Assembly: GCA_963745075.1 (NCBI GenBank)
Contig: CAVUWV010000018.1
Coordinates: 290,522-354,521, forward strand
Origin: Candidatus Hydrogenedentota bacterium
Lineage (GTDB): Bacteria; Hydrogenedentota; Hydrogenedentia; Hydrogenedentales; SLHB01
Length of the DNA: 64,000 nucleotides
Direction of reading: 5' to 3'
Position numbers and translations under genes: made by a program. Of the stretch, positions 8,529 through 18,541 are shown in pieces (the stretch's first letter is position 1; every line of letters starts with the position of its first letter). Below the pieces are notes generated by a model. That model saw only the letters and a program-made list of their open reading frames with translations. It was not told the DNA's origin and did no database searches.

Positions 8529-9308
8529 ATGCCAAACCTGATAACACTTACGACGGATTTCGGCACGCGCGACGCTTACGTTTCCGCGATGAAAGGCGTT
8601 ATCCTGAGCCGCTGCCCGGATGCCTGCGTGGTCGACCTGACCCACGACATTCCGCCGCAGGACGTATTCGAGGGCGCGCTGTTTTTGGCAGATGCGGCGC
8701 CGCTCTTTCCAGAGGGCACCATCCACTGCGTTGTGGTGGACCCGGGCGTGGGTACGTCGCGATTGCCCATCGTCGCATCGGCGGGGAAACAACGGTTCGT
8801 GCTCCCTGACAACGGACTCTTGACTCTATTCTCGCGGCAACACGCCATCGAGGAGGCGCGGATTATTACGAATCCGGAGTTCATGCGCGAAACCATTAGC
8901 GCGACATTTCACGGTCGCGATATGTTTGCGCCGGCCGCGGCGTGTCTGGCAAAGGGCATGGCCATGGAATCCGCGGGCGAGAAACTAACGACGTTGACCA
9001 TGCTCGACATTCCTCACGTCAAGACGGAAGCCGAAGAGACACTCGCGGGCGTGGTCATGCACGTCGACCGGTTCGGAAACGCGATTACCAACATTCACCG
9101 GTCCGATTTACAGGATCGAACGATCGCTGAACTGCGGGCCGGGCAACAGCGGTTTACGGAATTGCAGGAAACTTACGGCGACGTGCCGCCCGGAAGAGCA
9201 TTGGTTTTGTTTGGGAGCAACGACTACCTGGAGATCGCGGTCCATCGTGGTAACGCACGCGAGCAACTGGACCTACCGCGAGGTACCCGGGTTGAGGTTC
9301 GATTTTAG
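8529..9308 (+). CDS. SAM hydroxide adenosyltransferase / SAM-dependent halogenase family (DUF62)
   Basis: ITLTTDFG, VVDPGVGTSR, TFHGRD, DRFGN motifs. Confidence 0.93.
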   Translation: MPNLITLTTDFGTRDAYVSAMKGVILSRCPDACVVDLTHDIPPQDVFEGALFLADAAPLFPEGTIHCVVVDPGVGTSRLPIVASAGKQRFVLPDNGLLTLFSRQHAIEEARIITNPEFMRETISATFHGRDMFAPAAACLAKGMAMESAGEKLTTLTMLDIPHVKTEAEETLAGVVMHVDRFGNAITNIHRSDLQDRTIAELRAGQQRFTELQETYGDVPPGRALVLFGSNDYLEIAVHRGNAREQLDLPRGTRVEVRF

Positions 9309-9312
9309 CATT

Positions 9313-10563
9313 ATGAAAGAGATTTCCATCACGCCCCGGTCCAACCTCGATGCGACCGTTACCATTCCCGGTTCGAAGAGCTGCACGGCCCGCGCCTTGG
9401 TCATGGCGGGTCTGACGCACGGCACGACCGTTCTGAACGATCCCGCCGACTGCGACGATTCCAACTACATGATGAACGGTCTCCGCGCCCTCGGCGTGGA
9501 CGTCGCGTGTGACGGCGCCACAGCTAAAGTGAACAGCACGGGACTCCAGCCGCCCCATGAACCATTGTTCCTGGGGAATTCCGGAACGGCGGTGCGATTC
9601 CTGGCCGCCGCCTGCGCCACGGTGGAGGGGGACGTCGTCATCGACGGCACCACCCGAATGCGGGAACGTCCCATCGTGGACCTCATCGAAGCCCTCGGCG
9701 CCTGGGGCGTTCATGCCGTGACAGAAACGGGGTGCCCCCCCATTCGCGTCGTGGGACGCGGCAGTTTCGGCGGGTACTCGACCGTGAAGGGAACGGCAAG
9801 CAGCCAGTACTTGTCGGGACTGTTGATGGTAGCGCCGTATGCAACGGAGAACGCACGGATCGGAATCGAGGGCGACCTCGTATCTAAGCCTTACATCGAC
9901 CTGACCCTCGCCATGATGGCGGAGCGCGGCGTCACAGCGTCGAACGACGCCTACCGCGAATTCACTTGCACGGCGGGACAACGTTACCGGCCCGGCACCT
10001 ACGCCATCGAGGCGGACGCGTCGGGGGCGTCGTACTTTCTCGCCGCAGCAGCGATTGCGGGCGGTCGGGTCCGCGTGCGCAACCTCACCAGTCAATCCCA
10101 CCAGGGCGACGCGAAGTTCGCCTACGTGCTGGAACAGATGGGCTGCTCAGTACAGGAAGGGCCGGACTGGATCGAGGTCACGTCCGGCGCACCGTTGCAG
10201 GGCATCGACATCAACTTGAACGCCATGCCAGACATGGCCCAGACCCTGGCGGTCACGGCGCTGTTTGCCGAAGGGGAAACGCGTATCCGAGACGTGGCGA
10301 ACCTGCGCATCAAGGAAACGGACCGCATCGCCGCGACGGTCGCCGAACTACGCAAGCTCGGCGCCGAGGCGGAAGAGTTCGACGACGGGTTCTCGATCCG
10401 GCCCGGCGCGCTGCACGGCGCGGCCATCGACACCTACGACGATCATCGTATGGCCATGAGCTTCGCCATGGCGGGATTGAAGATTACCGGCGTCGTCATC
10501 AAAGACCCGGGCTGCGTGTCGAAAACCTTCCCGGATTTCTTCGAGCGATTCAGCAAGCTGTAG
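9313..10563 (+). CDS. aroA: 3-phosphoshikimate 1-carboxyvinyltransferase (EPSP synthase)
   Basis: PGSKS, GNSGTAVRF, RMRERP, SSQYLS, LRIKETDRI, DHRMAM, KTFPDF. Confidence 0.97.
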   Translation: MKEISITPRSNLDATVTIPGSKSCTARALVMAGLTHGTTVLNDPADCDDSNYMMNGLRALGVDVACDGATAKVNSTGLQPPHEPLFLGNSGTAVRFLAAACATVEGDVVIDGTTRMRERPIVDLIEALGAWGVHAVTETGCPPIRVVGRGSFGGYSTVKGTASSQYLSGLLMVAPYATENARIGIEGDLVSKPYIDLTLAMMAERGVTASNDAYREFTCTAGQRYRPGTYAIEADASGASYFLAAAAIAGGRVRVRNLTSQSHQGDAKFAYVLEQMGCSVQEGPDWIEVTSGAPLQGIDINLNAMPDMAQTLAVTALFAEGETRIRDVANLRIKETDRIAATVAELRKLGAEAEEFDDGFSIRPGALHGAAIDTYDDHRMAMSFAMAGLKITGVVIKDPGCVSKTFPDFFERFSKL

Positions 10564-11792
10564 GCCCGTGGCTTGGGCACGGATGTCCAAGCCACGAGAT
10601 GCGCTGCACGGTATTTTGCCTCCATCGCCCGATGCGCATACTCGATGAGGCCCTCGGGCCAGTAACCGGGTTCTGGACGGAATATACTGTGCGTCGCGCC
10701 GTCGACGATGACGATTTCGGCGTCGCTTCCCAGGATATCCAGGTCCGTTTTCAGCAACTCGACCGCCTCGTTCAAACGGAAATTGTCGAGGGTCCCCACA
10801 TAGATGTGCAGTTTTCCCGCTAATTTTGGCCCCAGCTCATCCCAATTCGATCGGAGAACGATCGAGATATCGTACTTCTTCCACGCCTCGGCGACGTCCC
10901 GGTTGATCGCTCCCGTTTCCCAATTGAAGAGCCGCACGGGCAACCCATCCGGGCCACGCGGACTGAAGACATCGTCGAAACTGGCGAACTGCCCGGCGAA
11001 GGGGCCTTTCTCAGCCTCGGACTGGGTGATCTCGCGGAAAGACTCCAACCATCCCTTGCGGCTGCGCACGAGCATACGCTCCTTGCCGTCATCGTCGACA
11101 AAGGCGTTCGCATCGGTGTAGATGTCTACGCCCGTGAAGGACCGGAAGTCGACGGGGTCCGGGGCCATGGCCCACGCGCCGCCGAAGAATTCGGGGTACG
11201 TGATCTGCAACCACAAGGCGCTCCATGCGCCGGACGAATGCCCCGCGAGAAACCGGCCCGACGCCTCCCCCACGCCGCCGTATTCGGCCTCGATGGCCGG
11301 AATGAACTCCTTGATGAAGGCCTCGCCCCAGGGACCGTTATTCACCGAATCGGCGAACTCGTGATGTCCGAGACCGAACTGGGCGTTGGGAAAAACGTAG
11401 ATCATGCGCGGGTAATCGCGGTCCGGAGCAGTAAGGTCGGCGATCAGCCCGTCGCTGAAATGAAAGGCCCACAGTTCCCAATTGGTGAATCCATGAATGA
11501 AATAACAAACTGGTAAGCGCTCCCCGGGCTTGCGGTCCGGCGGCAGGATGACCTCCGCTTCAAGAAACATGTCAATGCCCCAGAATTCACTGAGTAGTTC
11601 CGAGCGCATCTGGAAATGGCGGCGATACTCCGTGTCAGGCGGAATCAGCGCCCGGTGCAATTCCCAGGTAGCGATGGCGTCGACCATGACCTTGGGAGGC
11701 GGTTCTGCATGGATAGCCACCGCGATAAGACAAAAACCGAACGCGAGCAACCGCCCGGCGACCCGTCGAGGTCGTGAAGTGCAATCTACCAT
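10443..11792 (-). CDS. Secreted alpha/beta-hydrolase-fold esterase (enterochelin-esterase-like)
   Basis: Signal-like N-terminus, HEFADSVNNGPWG, nucleophile GHSSGA, APDPVDF; 3' end overlaps aroA and is uncertain. Confidence 0.8.
   Translation of the reverse strand: MVDCTSRPRRVAGRLLAFGFCLIAVAIHAEPPPKVMVDAIATWELHRALIPPDTEYRRHFQMRSELLSEFWGIDMFLEAEVILPPDRKPGERLPVCYFIHGFTNWELWAFHFSDGLIADLTAPDRDYPRMIYVFPNAQFGLGHHEFADSVNNGPWGEAFIKEFIPAIEAEYGGVGEASGRFLAGHSSGAWSALWLQITYPEFFGGAWAMAPDPVDFRSFTGVDIYTDANAFVDDDGKERMLVRSRKGWLESFREITQSEAEKGPFAGQFASFDDVFSPRGPDGLPVRLFNWETGAINRDVAEAWKKYDISIVLRSNWDELGPKLAGKLHIYVGTLDNFRLNEAVELLKTDLDILGSDAEIVIVDGATHSIFRPEPGYWPEGLIEYAHRAMEAKYRAAHLVAWTSVPKPRAYSLLNRSKKSGKVFDTQPGSLMTTPVIFNPAMAKLMAIR
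10567..10596. terminator. Hairpin just after the aroA stop (bidirectional terminator or REP-like)
   Basis: cgtggcttgggca-cgga-tgtccaagccacg, a 13-bp stem; no U-tract. Confidence 0.5.
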
Positions 11793-11882
11793 CGGCAAGC
11801 AGAATAGCACATCACCTCCCCGTGAACCGTTGGAACCAATCCGTCCGATTCCCAATTCGCTATGCGGACCTTCCTGGCAAAC

Positions 11883-11910
11883 TTGGAATTTGTTAGCCCC
11901 GTGTTATAAT
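11883..11910 (+). promoter_or_regulatory. Sigma70-type promoter with extended -10
   Basis: TTGGAA-N16-TATAAT with TGn directly upstream of the -10. Confidence 0.55.
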
Positions 11911-12032
11911 GCCGGTGCCTTGCCAGCCGTATCGCCTGCCTTGCCGGGCTGGGTCGAAGGTGCATCGGCGGCAACGCTTGCGGGAATTGTCCCGGCAGAA
12001 TCGCGATTGTTGTACCACTTGGGAGGTCGCGA

Positions 12033-12302
12033 ATGTTCGAACAACGTCCAATCCGTTCGGAGCCGTGGCAGTACACCCTGTCCCCGAAAGAGAGCCGGTC
12101 GTGGAACACGGCGGACCAGGATCAGCGGCGTGAGTTGCTGGAAGACCTGGCGGGCCGGGTGATGTGTGACGCAGTCGAAAACGGCTGCAATCGCTTCATC
12201 ATCTACGACACCGATGGGGGCCTGGTGGCCAAAGGAAAACTCCGCCCCGGAGACATTGAACAGGCTATCGAATCGTACCGCGCTCAGAATCGCTTGAACT
12301 GA
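12033..12302 (+). CDS. Small hypothetical protein (89 aa)
   Basis: GGAGG RBS, upstream promoter, fills a gap between genes, plausible composition. Confidence 0.65.
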   Translation: MFEQRPIRSEPWQYTLSPKESRSWNTADQDQRRELLEDLAGRVMCDAVENGCNRFIIYDTDGGLVAKGKLRPGDIEQAIESYRAQNRLN

Positions 12303-12390
12303 GCCCGGAACGCAGCCGGTTCGATAGCGGGGGCGACTGAACTGCCGAATCAAATGGGGGGATCCGGCAGACAGGTGAGTACTGCGCCGT

Positions 12391-13329
12391 TCACTCCGAG
12401 AACTCGGTCCCCTTCCAATCCGGACGAATCGTCATCACGGGACACCGTGCCAGCCGAACCACCTTCTCCGCAACGCTTCCGAAAAGAATGTGCCCGAGGC
12501 CCGACCGGCCGTGGGTCGGCATGACGACCATGTCGACAGCCTGTTCCTCGACGAATTTGCAGATTTCCGTGTGCGGCACGCCGGTGACCGACACGCCCTC
12601 CACGTCGATGCCCTGAATCTCTGCCTTCTTCTGGGCCAAAGTTTCGCGGGCGGCGAGTTCCATCTCGGGACCCACCGAAACCACGGAATCGGGCATAAAC
12701 TCTGGTAGCACGATGGGAATCTCCGTGGCATGGAGCAGCGAAAGCTTCGCGGAAAACTCCCGGCACAGCGACACGGCGAAAGGCAGCGCCTTATCCGAAA
12801 AGTCCGAGAAGTCCGTCGGAAACAGTACGTGTTTGACCTCGATAGAGAGATCGTCGTCCTTCACGAACTCATGCTCCGGGTGCTTGATGGCTAGTACGGG
12901 CACCGGCGACTGACGGACGACCTTCTCGGCCACGCTTCCGAAAACGATGTGGTCAAACCCGGAGCGGCCGTGGGTGGCCACAACGATCAACGTACACTGG
13001 GTTTCGAGCGTCAACCGCAGGATTTCGTGAGGCGCGCTGCCCGTGACGATATGCTGTTCACAGTTCACACCCATTTCGGAAGCTTGCTCCACGAGGGTGG
13101 TCAGACGGCTCGACGCGTGCTCCCGCATGGAATCGAGCAAGGTAGAGGCGTCCGCCTGGTCCAGCCACATGCCATGGCCCCGGACGCCGGAGATGGGGCC
13201 GGCATCGAGAACATGGAGAAAATGCACCGTACCGCCGTACTTCTTGGCGATGGACACCCCATACTTCGTCGCGAAATTGGCATAATGGGAGAAGTCCGTT
13301 GGCACCAGGATGTTGCTATTGCTGAACAT
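12391..13329 (-). CDS. Universal stress protein with tandem USP domains
   Basis: Two copies of PTDFS...THGRSG...FGSVAEKVVR..PV; GGAGGAGG RBS. Confidence 0.95.
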   Translation of the reverse strand: MFSNSNILVPTDFSHYANFATKYGVSIAKKYGGTVHFLHVLDAGPISGVRGHGMWLDQADASTLLDSMREHASSRLTTLVEQASEMGVNCEQHIVTGSAPHEILRLTLETQCTLIVVATHGRSGFDHIVFGSVAEKVVRQSPVPVLAIKHPEHEFVKDDDLSIEVKHVLFPTDFSDFSDKALPFAVSLCREFSAKLSLLHATEIPIVLPEFMPDSVVSVGPEMELAARETLAQKKAEIQGIDVEGVSVTGVPHTEICKFVEEQAVDMVVMPTHGRSGLGHILFGSVAEKVVRLARCPVMTIRPDWKGTEFSE

Positions 13330-13521
13330 AGGGTCCTCCTCCTCTGTGGGTTTGGCAGTTCCATCATACGCAGAGGACACGGGAATGCGCAAGAGTTTGC
13401 CGCTGTTGACTCTAGGTTGGATCCCACAGGGTCTCAGCCGATTTGAACTGGGTCCCAGGGTTCTGGTAAAGTTCGGCGCTGCTTAAGTGCTGTTTGTACC
13501 ATTAATTGGAGATTTGTTGAC

Positions 13522-13788
13522 ATGCCAAATACGAAGACGGCGAAAGCCCGTGACCTGACGAACGAACGGGATCGCCACCGAAACATGGCGGTCAAGTCGA
13601 AAATGAAGACCTGCATCAAGGCCGCAGCCGCGGCGATAGACGCTAAGAACGCTGACGAGATTAAGAAAACCCTTCCCGTAGCCTTGGCCGAAATCGACAT
13701 GGCCGCAACCAAGGGCGTGATCCACGCCAACGCCGCCGCACGCAAGAAGTCGACCCTTCAGCGCCGGGCGGCCCAGATCTCAGCGTAA
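13522..13788 (+). CDS. rpsT: 30S ribosomal protein S20
   Basis: MPNTKTAK...N...KSKMKT.IK...ID.AATKGVIHANAAARKKS. Confidence 0.96.
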   Translation: MPNTKTAKARDLTNERDRHRNMAVKSKMKTCIKAAAAAIDAKNADEIKKTLPVALAEIDMAATKGVIHANAAARKKSTLQRRAAQISA

Positions 13789-13796
13789 GCAAGCGC

Positions 13797-15704
13797 TCAC
13801 GGCGCTTCGCGACGCAGACTCTTGACCAGCTCTAAAAGGCGTCCTTCGACATCATAGAATCGGAGGACGCCTTTCTTATCGATCAGCACAACTTGCGGGA
13901 CCGCCGCGATGTCGTAAGCATCGAAGGTTTCCGCGTCCTTGTCACGTCCAACGGGATAGCGAACATCCAGATCCTGGATGTACTCCTGCATTTCATATTC
14001 TTCGGTCCCCGCATCGTGAACGCTCACCAGGTCTACGTCGTCCATCGACTGGAAGATCGGATAAAGGGCGTTTAGCGCGCGAATGTGAGCCATGCCTCTT
14101 TCACTCCGGTCGAAACCTCCCCAGAAACTCAGCACGATGACGTGCCCGCGGAGTTCTTCCGGCGTGGGCGCGATGGGATGACCTTCCGTGTCCGACGGCA
14201 CGTTGACCCAAATATCGCACTCGACCGGCGGCGCTTCCTTTCCCCGCAGGCCCTCCAACTCGTTGTTGCGAACGTTCTCCACCTTGCCCGGCGAAAGGTC
14301 TGGGTCAAACGGCTTCAGTGAGACCTCGATCGGTTTCAGGTCCGTGAGCGGAATGACCACGTCGGTTCGCAAGTATCGTCGTGGATGCTCGAATTGAAGG
14401 ATCGCCGCCGCGTTCTCCGGGACCTTGGGAAGCTGTATTGCGAATCGCCCGTTCGCGTCGCTCAGAGTGAATTGCGCGGGTTCAAATCCGACCGTGGAAA
14501 TGAACGTCTGCGGAACCGGTGCTCCGGCCTCATCGAGGACGGTGCCCACGATCTCGGGCAAAACCTGCAACCGGATCGGTTCGTCCAGGGTTACGTCCGA
14601 CTTGCCCATGGTCACGTCAATATCCGTCCCCCGGCCGGTCATGTACCCATCGGGCGCTTCGACGTGGAGATGCCCTTCGCTGGGTGCGACCTTGAGGGTA
14701 AACCGGCCCGCATTGTCTGTCAGCGTCTGTTCGTAGACGACATTGTCGACGCGATACTGGATCTGAACGCCGCCGACCGGCTTGTCGTCCGTGCCGACTA
14801 CCCGTCCCGCGAGAGCAAAAGCCGTCGGCAACACCAAATCGCAGGTGGCATCGGTATCCCGGGGTTGTAAGGTGCCGGACACCGGCGCCGCGGTCGCGTA
14901 CTCCGGATGTTTGGCGGTTACGTTGTATTGCCCGGGCGGCAGCATGGCACTGTAGAACCCGTCCGGGCCGGTTACGGCTTCCTCGAACTCGCGCAACGTG
15001 GCGTCGTTCTCGCTGGATCGGAAGATGGAAACGCGGGCATGTTCGATCCCTTCGCCGGCCTCGTTCGTGACACGCCCCCGCAACGTCACGCCGGGACGCA
15101 TCTGGACCGTGATTTCCCGTTGCCCCACGGGATAGTGAATGTAGGCATCGCAGAAATCTCGATGGCTTACGCGAAATGCGACATGGCCCCCCTTGGGCAC
15201 GTAGTCCAACGTAAGTCTTCCGTCCGCGTCGCTGCGCTCGGACGGAAATCCGAGGTCCACCAAATCATCCACGGCCACGGTGAACGCATCGTTGACCAGC
15301 ATCGCTTCGACGCGGGCGCCCTCGACCGGTTGAGGCTGCATCTCCTCGCCTGTTTCCGGGTTGCGGTCGTGGCTGATCAGCACGGCGCTGAGCGTTCCCG
15401 CTTCGCTCAAGGCCACCGCGACTTCGGCCGAGCCGACGACACTCGCGTCGCGGCCGCCAATTGCAAAACCGTTCTTCCACGCAACGATCTCGACCGGCCC
15501 GACGTTAACCTCCTGAAACCGGCATTTGCCCTCATTGTCGGTGGTCTGAAGCTTGGGGATACGATCTTGGGTGAGCCATACAGACGCATCGGGGACTGGT
15601 TGTCCCTGCGGACCGAAGACGAGCACGGAGATCTCGTACGCAGACGCGGCTTGGGCGAGAATGTATACCAGCAGGACGACGGACACGGTTCGTACTACGC
15701 CCAT
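13797..15704 (-). CDS. Secreted carboxypeptidase-regulatory-like repeat protein with C-terminal redoxin-like domain
   Basis: Signal peptide; repeated GRV.D..G.P..GA.V / TD..GRF beta-sandwich units; C-terminal LRGHVIVLSFW...VPQVVLIDKKGVLR. Confidence 0.85.
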   Translation of the reverse strand: MGVVRTVSVVLLVYILAQAASAYEISVLVFGPQGQPVPDASVWLTQDRIPKLQTTDNEGKCRFQEVNVGPVEIVAWKNGFAIGGRDASVVGSAEVAVALSEAGTLSAVLISHDRNPETGEEMQPQPVEGARVEAMLVNDAFTVAVDDLVDLGFPSERSDADGRLTLDYVPKGGHVAFRVSHRDFCDAYIHYPVGQREITVQMRPGVTLRGRVTNEAGEGIEHARVSIFRSSENDATLREFEEAVTGPDGFYSAMLPPGQYNVTAKHPEYATAAPVSGTLQPRDTDATCDLVLPTAFALAGRVVGTDDKPVGGVQIQYRVDNVVYEQTLTDNAGRFTLKVAPSEGHLHVEAPDGYMTGRGTDIDVTMGKSDVTLDEPIRLQVLPEIVGTVLDEAGAPVPQTFISTVGFEPAQFTLSDANGRFAIQLPKVPENAAAILQFEHPRRYLRTDVVIPLTDLKPIEVSLKPFDPDLSPGKVENVRNNELEGLRGKEAPPVECDIWVNVPSDTEGHPIAPTPEELRGHVIVLSFWGGFDRSERGMAHIRALNALYPIFQSMDDVDLVSVHDAGTEEYEMQEYIQDLDVRYPVGRDKDAETFDAYDIAAVPQVVLIDKKGVLRFYDVEGRLLELVKSLRREAP

Positions 15705-15708
15705 CCGC

Positions 15709-17781
15709 CTACGCTCCCTGCTTGCCGCCGACGAGGGACGAAACCGGCGGCAGCCCCCACGTTTCCAGCGAAACCGTTCCATTACCGTCAACGACGTAGG
15801 TCTGCGCGGAACCCGGAGCGACCCCTTGCAGAATGGGTACGAAACCACCGTCAAGCGATACCGGACCGTCGGCAACCAGGATAAACGCAGCGCCCGACCC
15901 CTCCAGCGCGGAGCCGGCGTCCTTCAATAATCGTAAATAGCGTGGGGCTTCCACGGCTGTCGCGTACAAGATTACGGCAGGATTCCCGGAAGCCACAGCG
16001 GGCGGAGAACCCGAAAGGACGGGGTAATTCGACCAATCCAGACGCTTGCCCTGGAGCGTTTGTTCTTTGCCCTTCTTGGCCGCGTCCCCAGGTTCCGAGA
16101 TGACGACGTTGCCAACGCTCTGGGCGCCCCCTGCTTTCAGATTGAAGGGCATGGAGCGGCCAAACCCGTCGGGACCCGTGGCCGCAAGACAGGCCATGGG
16201 CACGAAGGGGATAACAGCTTTCCAAGAAAAGTTCCCGTCTGGCCCGGATACCGTTCGCCACAACTGGAGGGGTTCGTCATCGTCGTCACTCTGGAACAAT
16301 CCCCCGACGACGGCCCCTTCGATGGGTTTTCCCTTCGCGTTCACGATCGTACCGGTCACGGTACCCACCGGGAATAACTTGACGCGCGCACTTTCGAGAG
16401 CCGTCGCCTCGGTCGTGAACAGTGCGGCCAACGGCTGTTTCGGGTGCTCCGCCAGTCCGATGATCGTGCCATTTTCCGGAGCGGAAGCGACCTCGAAGTC
16501 GGCCCACCCTTTCGCATCCGTCACGTACACGCCATACTGAACGGGTCGAATCAAATGAATGAGCGCCCCAGGCACGGGCGCTCCGGACTCGTCAACGACT
16601 TGTATGCGATGCGCCGGCAATGGCCGCAGCCAAAACGTCGGCAGAGCAAGCGTCTCTCCCTGCGTAGCCTCCTGTACGCTGAGATAAGGCTTATCGGGCG
16701 GAGCGTATCCGGAAACCGGCTCCAGCCGAATCTCGTTGGCGCCTTCTACGCCCGTAAACGCGTAGGCCCCTGACGGACCGGTGGTCACCACGGCCACCGG
16801 ACTGCCGAAAGCGGCAAGCGCCAGCCGGGCGCCGGCAATGGGCTCTCCGGTCACGGCATCGCGCACGTCGCCCGTGAGTTTGGCCGTACCCGCAACGCGC
16901 AGCGTAACGCGCTTGCCGGGTTCGCGTCCGGAAACGGTCAGTTTCTCCCATCCGGGACTGCGCAATTCCTGACCAGCCGCCTGATAGAGGTAGTAGCCCG
17001 GATTCAAGCGGATCGCAAATTCACCGGAAAGGTCCGTGGTCGTGACCGACGTGTCATGGGGCGGTGTTGCGCTTCGAATGATGATGGTAGCGTTGGCAAC
17101 CGCCCGGTCGCCGCCGCGAGACAACACGTTCCCCTGAACCAGAACTCCGGGACTGAGTTGAACGCGCACGTCCTTGTCTCCGACGGTGATGCCTTGAACT
17201 CCCGCTTGCGCAAATTTCGGATGGCCGACTTTGAGCGCGATCGTCGCGCCTTGCGGCAAGTTGGATATCGAGAAGCGGCCATTGCCGTCTGTTTCCGGTT
17301 CCTCAAAGCCGTATGCGGTGAGTTTGGCAAGTGGAATGCCGACCGGCGAGCCCCCCATGATAAGTAAACGCGTGACGTGGGCGCCGTCGATTGGCTCGCC
17401 TTTCATGTCGCTTACTTTGCCGGCGATGCCCCCACTCGCCTCGAGTGAGATTTTCAGCTCGGACAGGGAGTCGTCGACGGGAATCGTTCCGCTCAGTCCG
17501 CCAAACCCGTACCCATCGGCGATCGCGAAAACCCCCACCAGCCCGGACGCCACGGAATCAAATTGGAATCGTCCGTCCGGATCGGCTTTCGTTTCGGACA
17601 ATGCGCCTCCGAGGCCGGGCTCGAGAAAGACCCGTGCACCTGCCACCGGTTGCCCGCTGTTGCCGGTGACCGTCCCGGAAACACTTGCGGCTCCCGGTAC
17701 AAGCGCACTCACCAGCAGGATAAACCCTAATGCTCCCAATTCAACCTCCCGTTCGCACGCCGTTTCGGCGGGGTAAGACAA
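15709..17781 (-). CDS. Secreted carboxypeptidase-regulatory-like repeat protein (paralogue of the downstream gene)
   Basis: Signal peptide; about 6 G.V.D..G.PI.GA units; degenerate thioredoxin-like tail (TYVVDGNGTV); start uncertain. Confidence 0.82.
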   Translation of the reverse strand: MSYPAETACEREVELGALGFILLVSALVPGAASVSGTVTGNSGQPVAGARVFLEPGLGGALSETKADPDGRFQFDSVASGLVGVFAIADGYGFGGLSGTIPVDDSLSELKISLEASGGIAGKVSDMKGEPIDGAHVTRLLIMGGSPVGIPLAKLTAYGFEEPETDGNGRFSISNLPQGATIALKVGHPKFAQAGVQGITVGDKDVRVQLSPGVLVQGNVLSRGGDRAVANATIIIRSATPPHDTSVTTTDLSGEFAIRLNPGYYLYQAAGQELRSPGWEKLTVSGREPGKRVTLRVAGTAKLTGDVRDAVTGEPIAGARLALAAFGSPVAVVTTGPSGAYAFTGVEGANEIRLEPVSGYAPPDKPYLSVQEATQGETLALPTFWLRPLPAHRIQVVDESGAPVPGALIHLIRPVQYGVYVTDAKGWADFEVASAPENGTIIGLAEHPKQPLAALFTTEATALESARVKLFPVGTVTGTIVNAKGKPIEGAVVGGLFQSDDDDEPLQLWRTVSGPDGNFSWKAVIPFVPMACLAATGPDGFGRSMPFNLKAGGAQSVGNVVISEPGDAAKKGKEQTLQGKRLDWSNYPVLSGSPPAVASGNPAVILYATAVEAPRYLRLLKDAGSALEGSGAAFILVADGPVSLDGGFVPILQGVAPGSAQTYVVDGNGTVSLETWGLPPVSSLVGGKQGA

Positions 17782-18021
17782 TCCGGTACATCGCGCAACG
17801 GCCTGAGCTTACGCACAACCGGGAATTCCTCGCTGCCATGCGTCCGACCGCGTCGACGCACAAGTCGCGATCTTATCCGGGGTGAATCGCTCGTGCAAGC
17901 CGGTCCAGCGACCGAAGCAACGAGCAGGCACATTCGGTGCAATTTCCGGCGAAAAAACGAGATTGGGGAGTCATAAAATGAGCAGTCTTGTGCAGCACAC
18001 CGGCATCGGGGAATCCACCCT

Positions 18022-18050
18022 TTGACAGACCACGCCAAGGTACGTACAAT
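18022..18050 (+). promoter_or_regulatory. Near-consensus sigma70 promoter
   Basis: TTGACA-N17-TACAAT, followed by an AGGAGG RBS and the GTG start at 18080. Confidence 0.75.
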
Positions 18051-18079
18051 TCCGACGTAGTCCGCAGGAGGAACATTAC

Positions 18080-18397
18080 GTGTATCTCGTTAGTGTTGGG
18101 GAACTTGAACCCGGACAAGTCGTGGCCAAGGCGGTAACCAACGCCAGTGGCGCCGTGCTGTGCCCGCCGGGTTTGGAGTTGACACAAGCGATCATCGATC
18201 GGCTGGTCAACGCCGGAATCGACCACGTCGCGATTGAAGGGGGCGCGACGGATGTCGCGCGCGTTCAAGAGCGCATTGATTCCCTCAATACCCGTTTCAG
18301 CGGTGTCACCGACTCCCTCCTGATCAAACTGAAGGAAGCGATGGAGACCCGATTGCGCACGCTGATTACCGATTCTGACGCCAAGGCAGCGGAATAA
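18080..18397 (+). CDS. Small protein resembling the N-terminal domain of HD-GYP/HDOD proteins
   Basis: VSVGELEPGQVVAKAV...GAVL...GLELT...IDRL...GIDHVAI pattern; promoter and RBS present. Confidence 0.8.
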   Translation: MYLVSVGELEPGQVVAKAVTNASGAVLCPPGLELTQAIIDRLVNAGIDHVAIEGGATDVARVQERIDSLNTRFSGVTDSLLIKLKEAMETRLRTLITDSDAKAAE

Positions 18398-18541
18398 CAA
18401 GACATCGTGTGACGCGCTTGTTTTTCCGATGTATGTGCATCGTACCTACTGTCAGTTAGGCCGTTGCCTGGGGGCGTTGATGAACCCGTCCGCTGTCTCG
18501 CGATGTAACGCGCACTGGATGCGTCAGTGAGGAGTACGTAG

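Noticed and set aside
8529..9308. Calling the DUF62 protein a fluorinase or chlorinase
   Set aside because: The motifs fit the common hydrolase subgroup and there is no biosynthetic context.
13337..13378. Hairpin that could occlude the usp RBS (RNA thermometer)
   Set aside because: Its 5' arm lies upstream of a likely -10 (TATGAT on the minus strand), so it is probably not transcribed.
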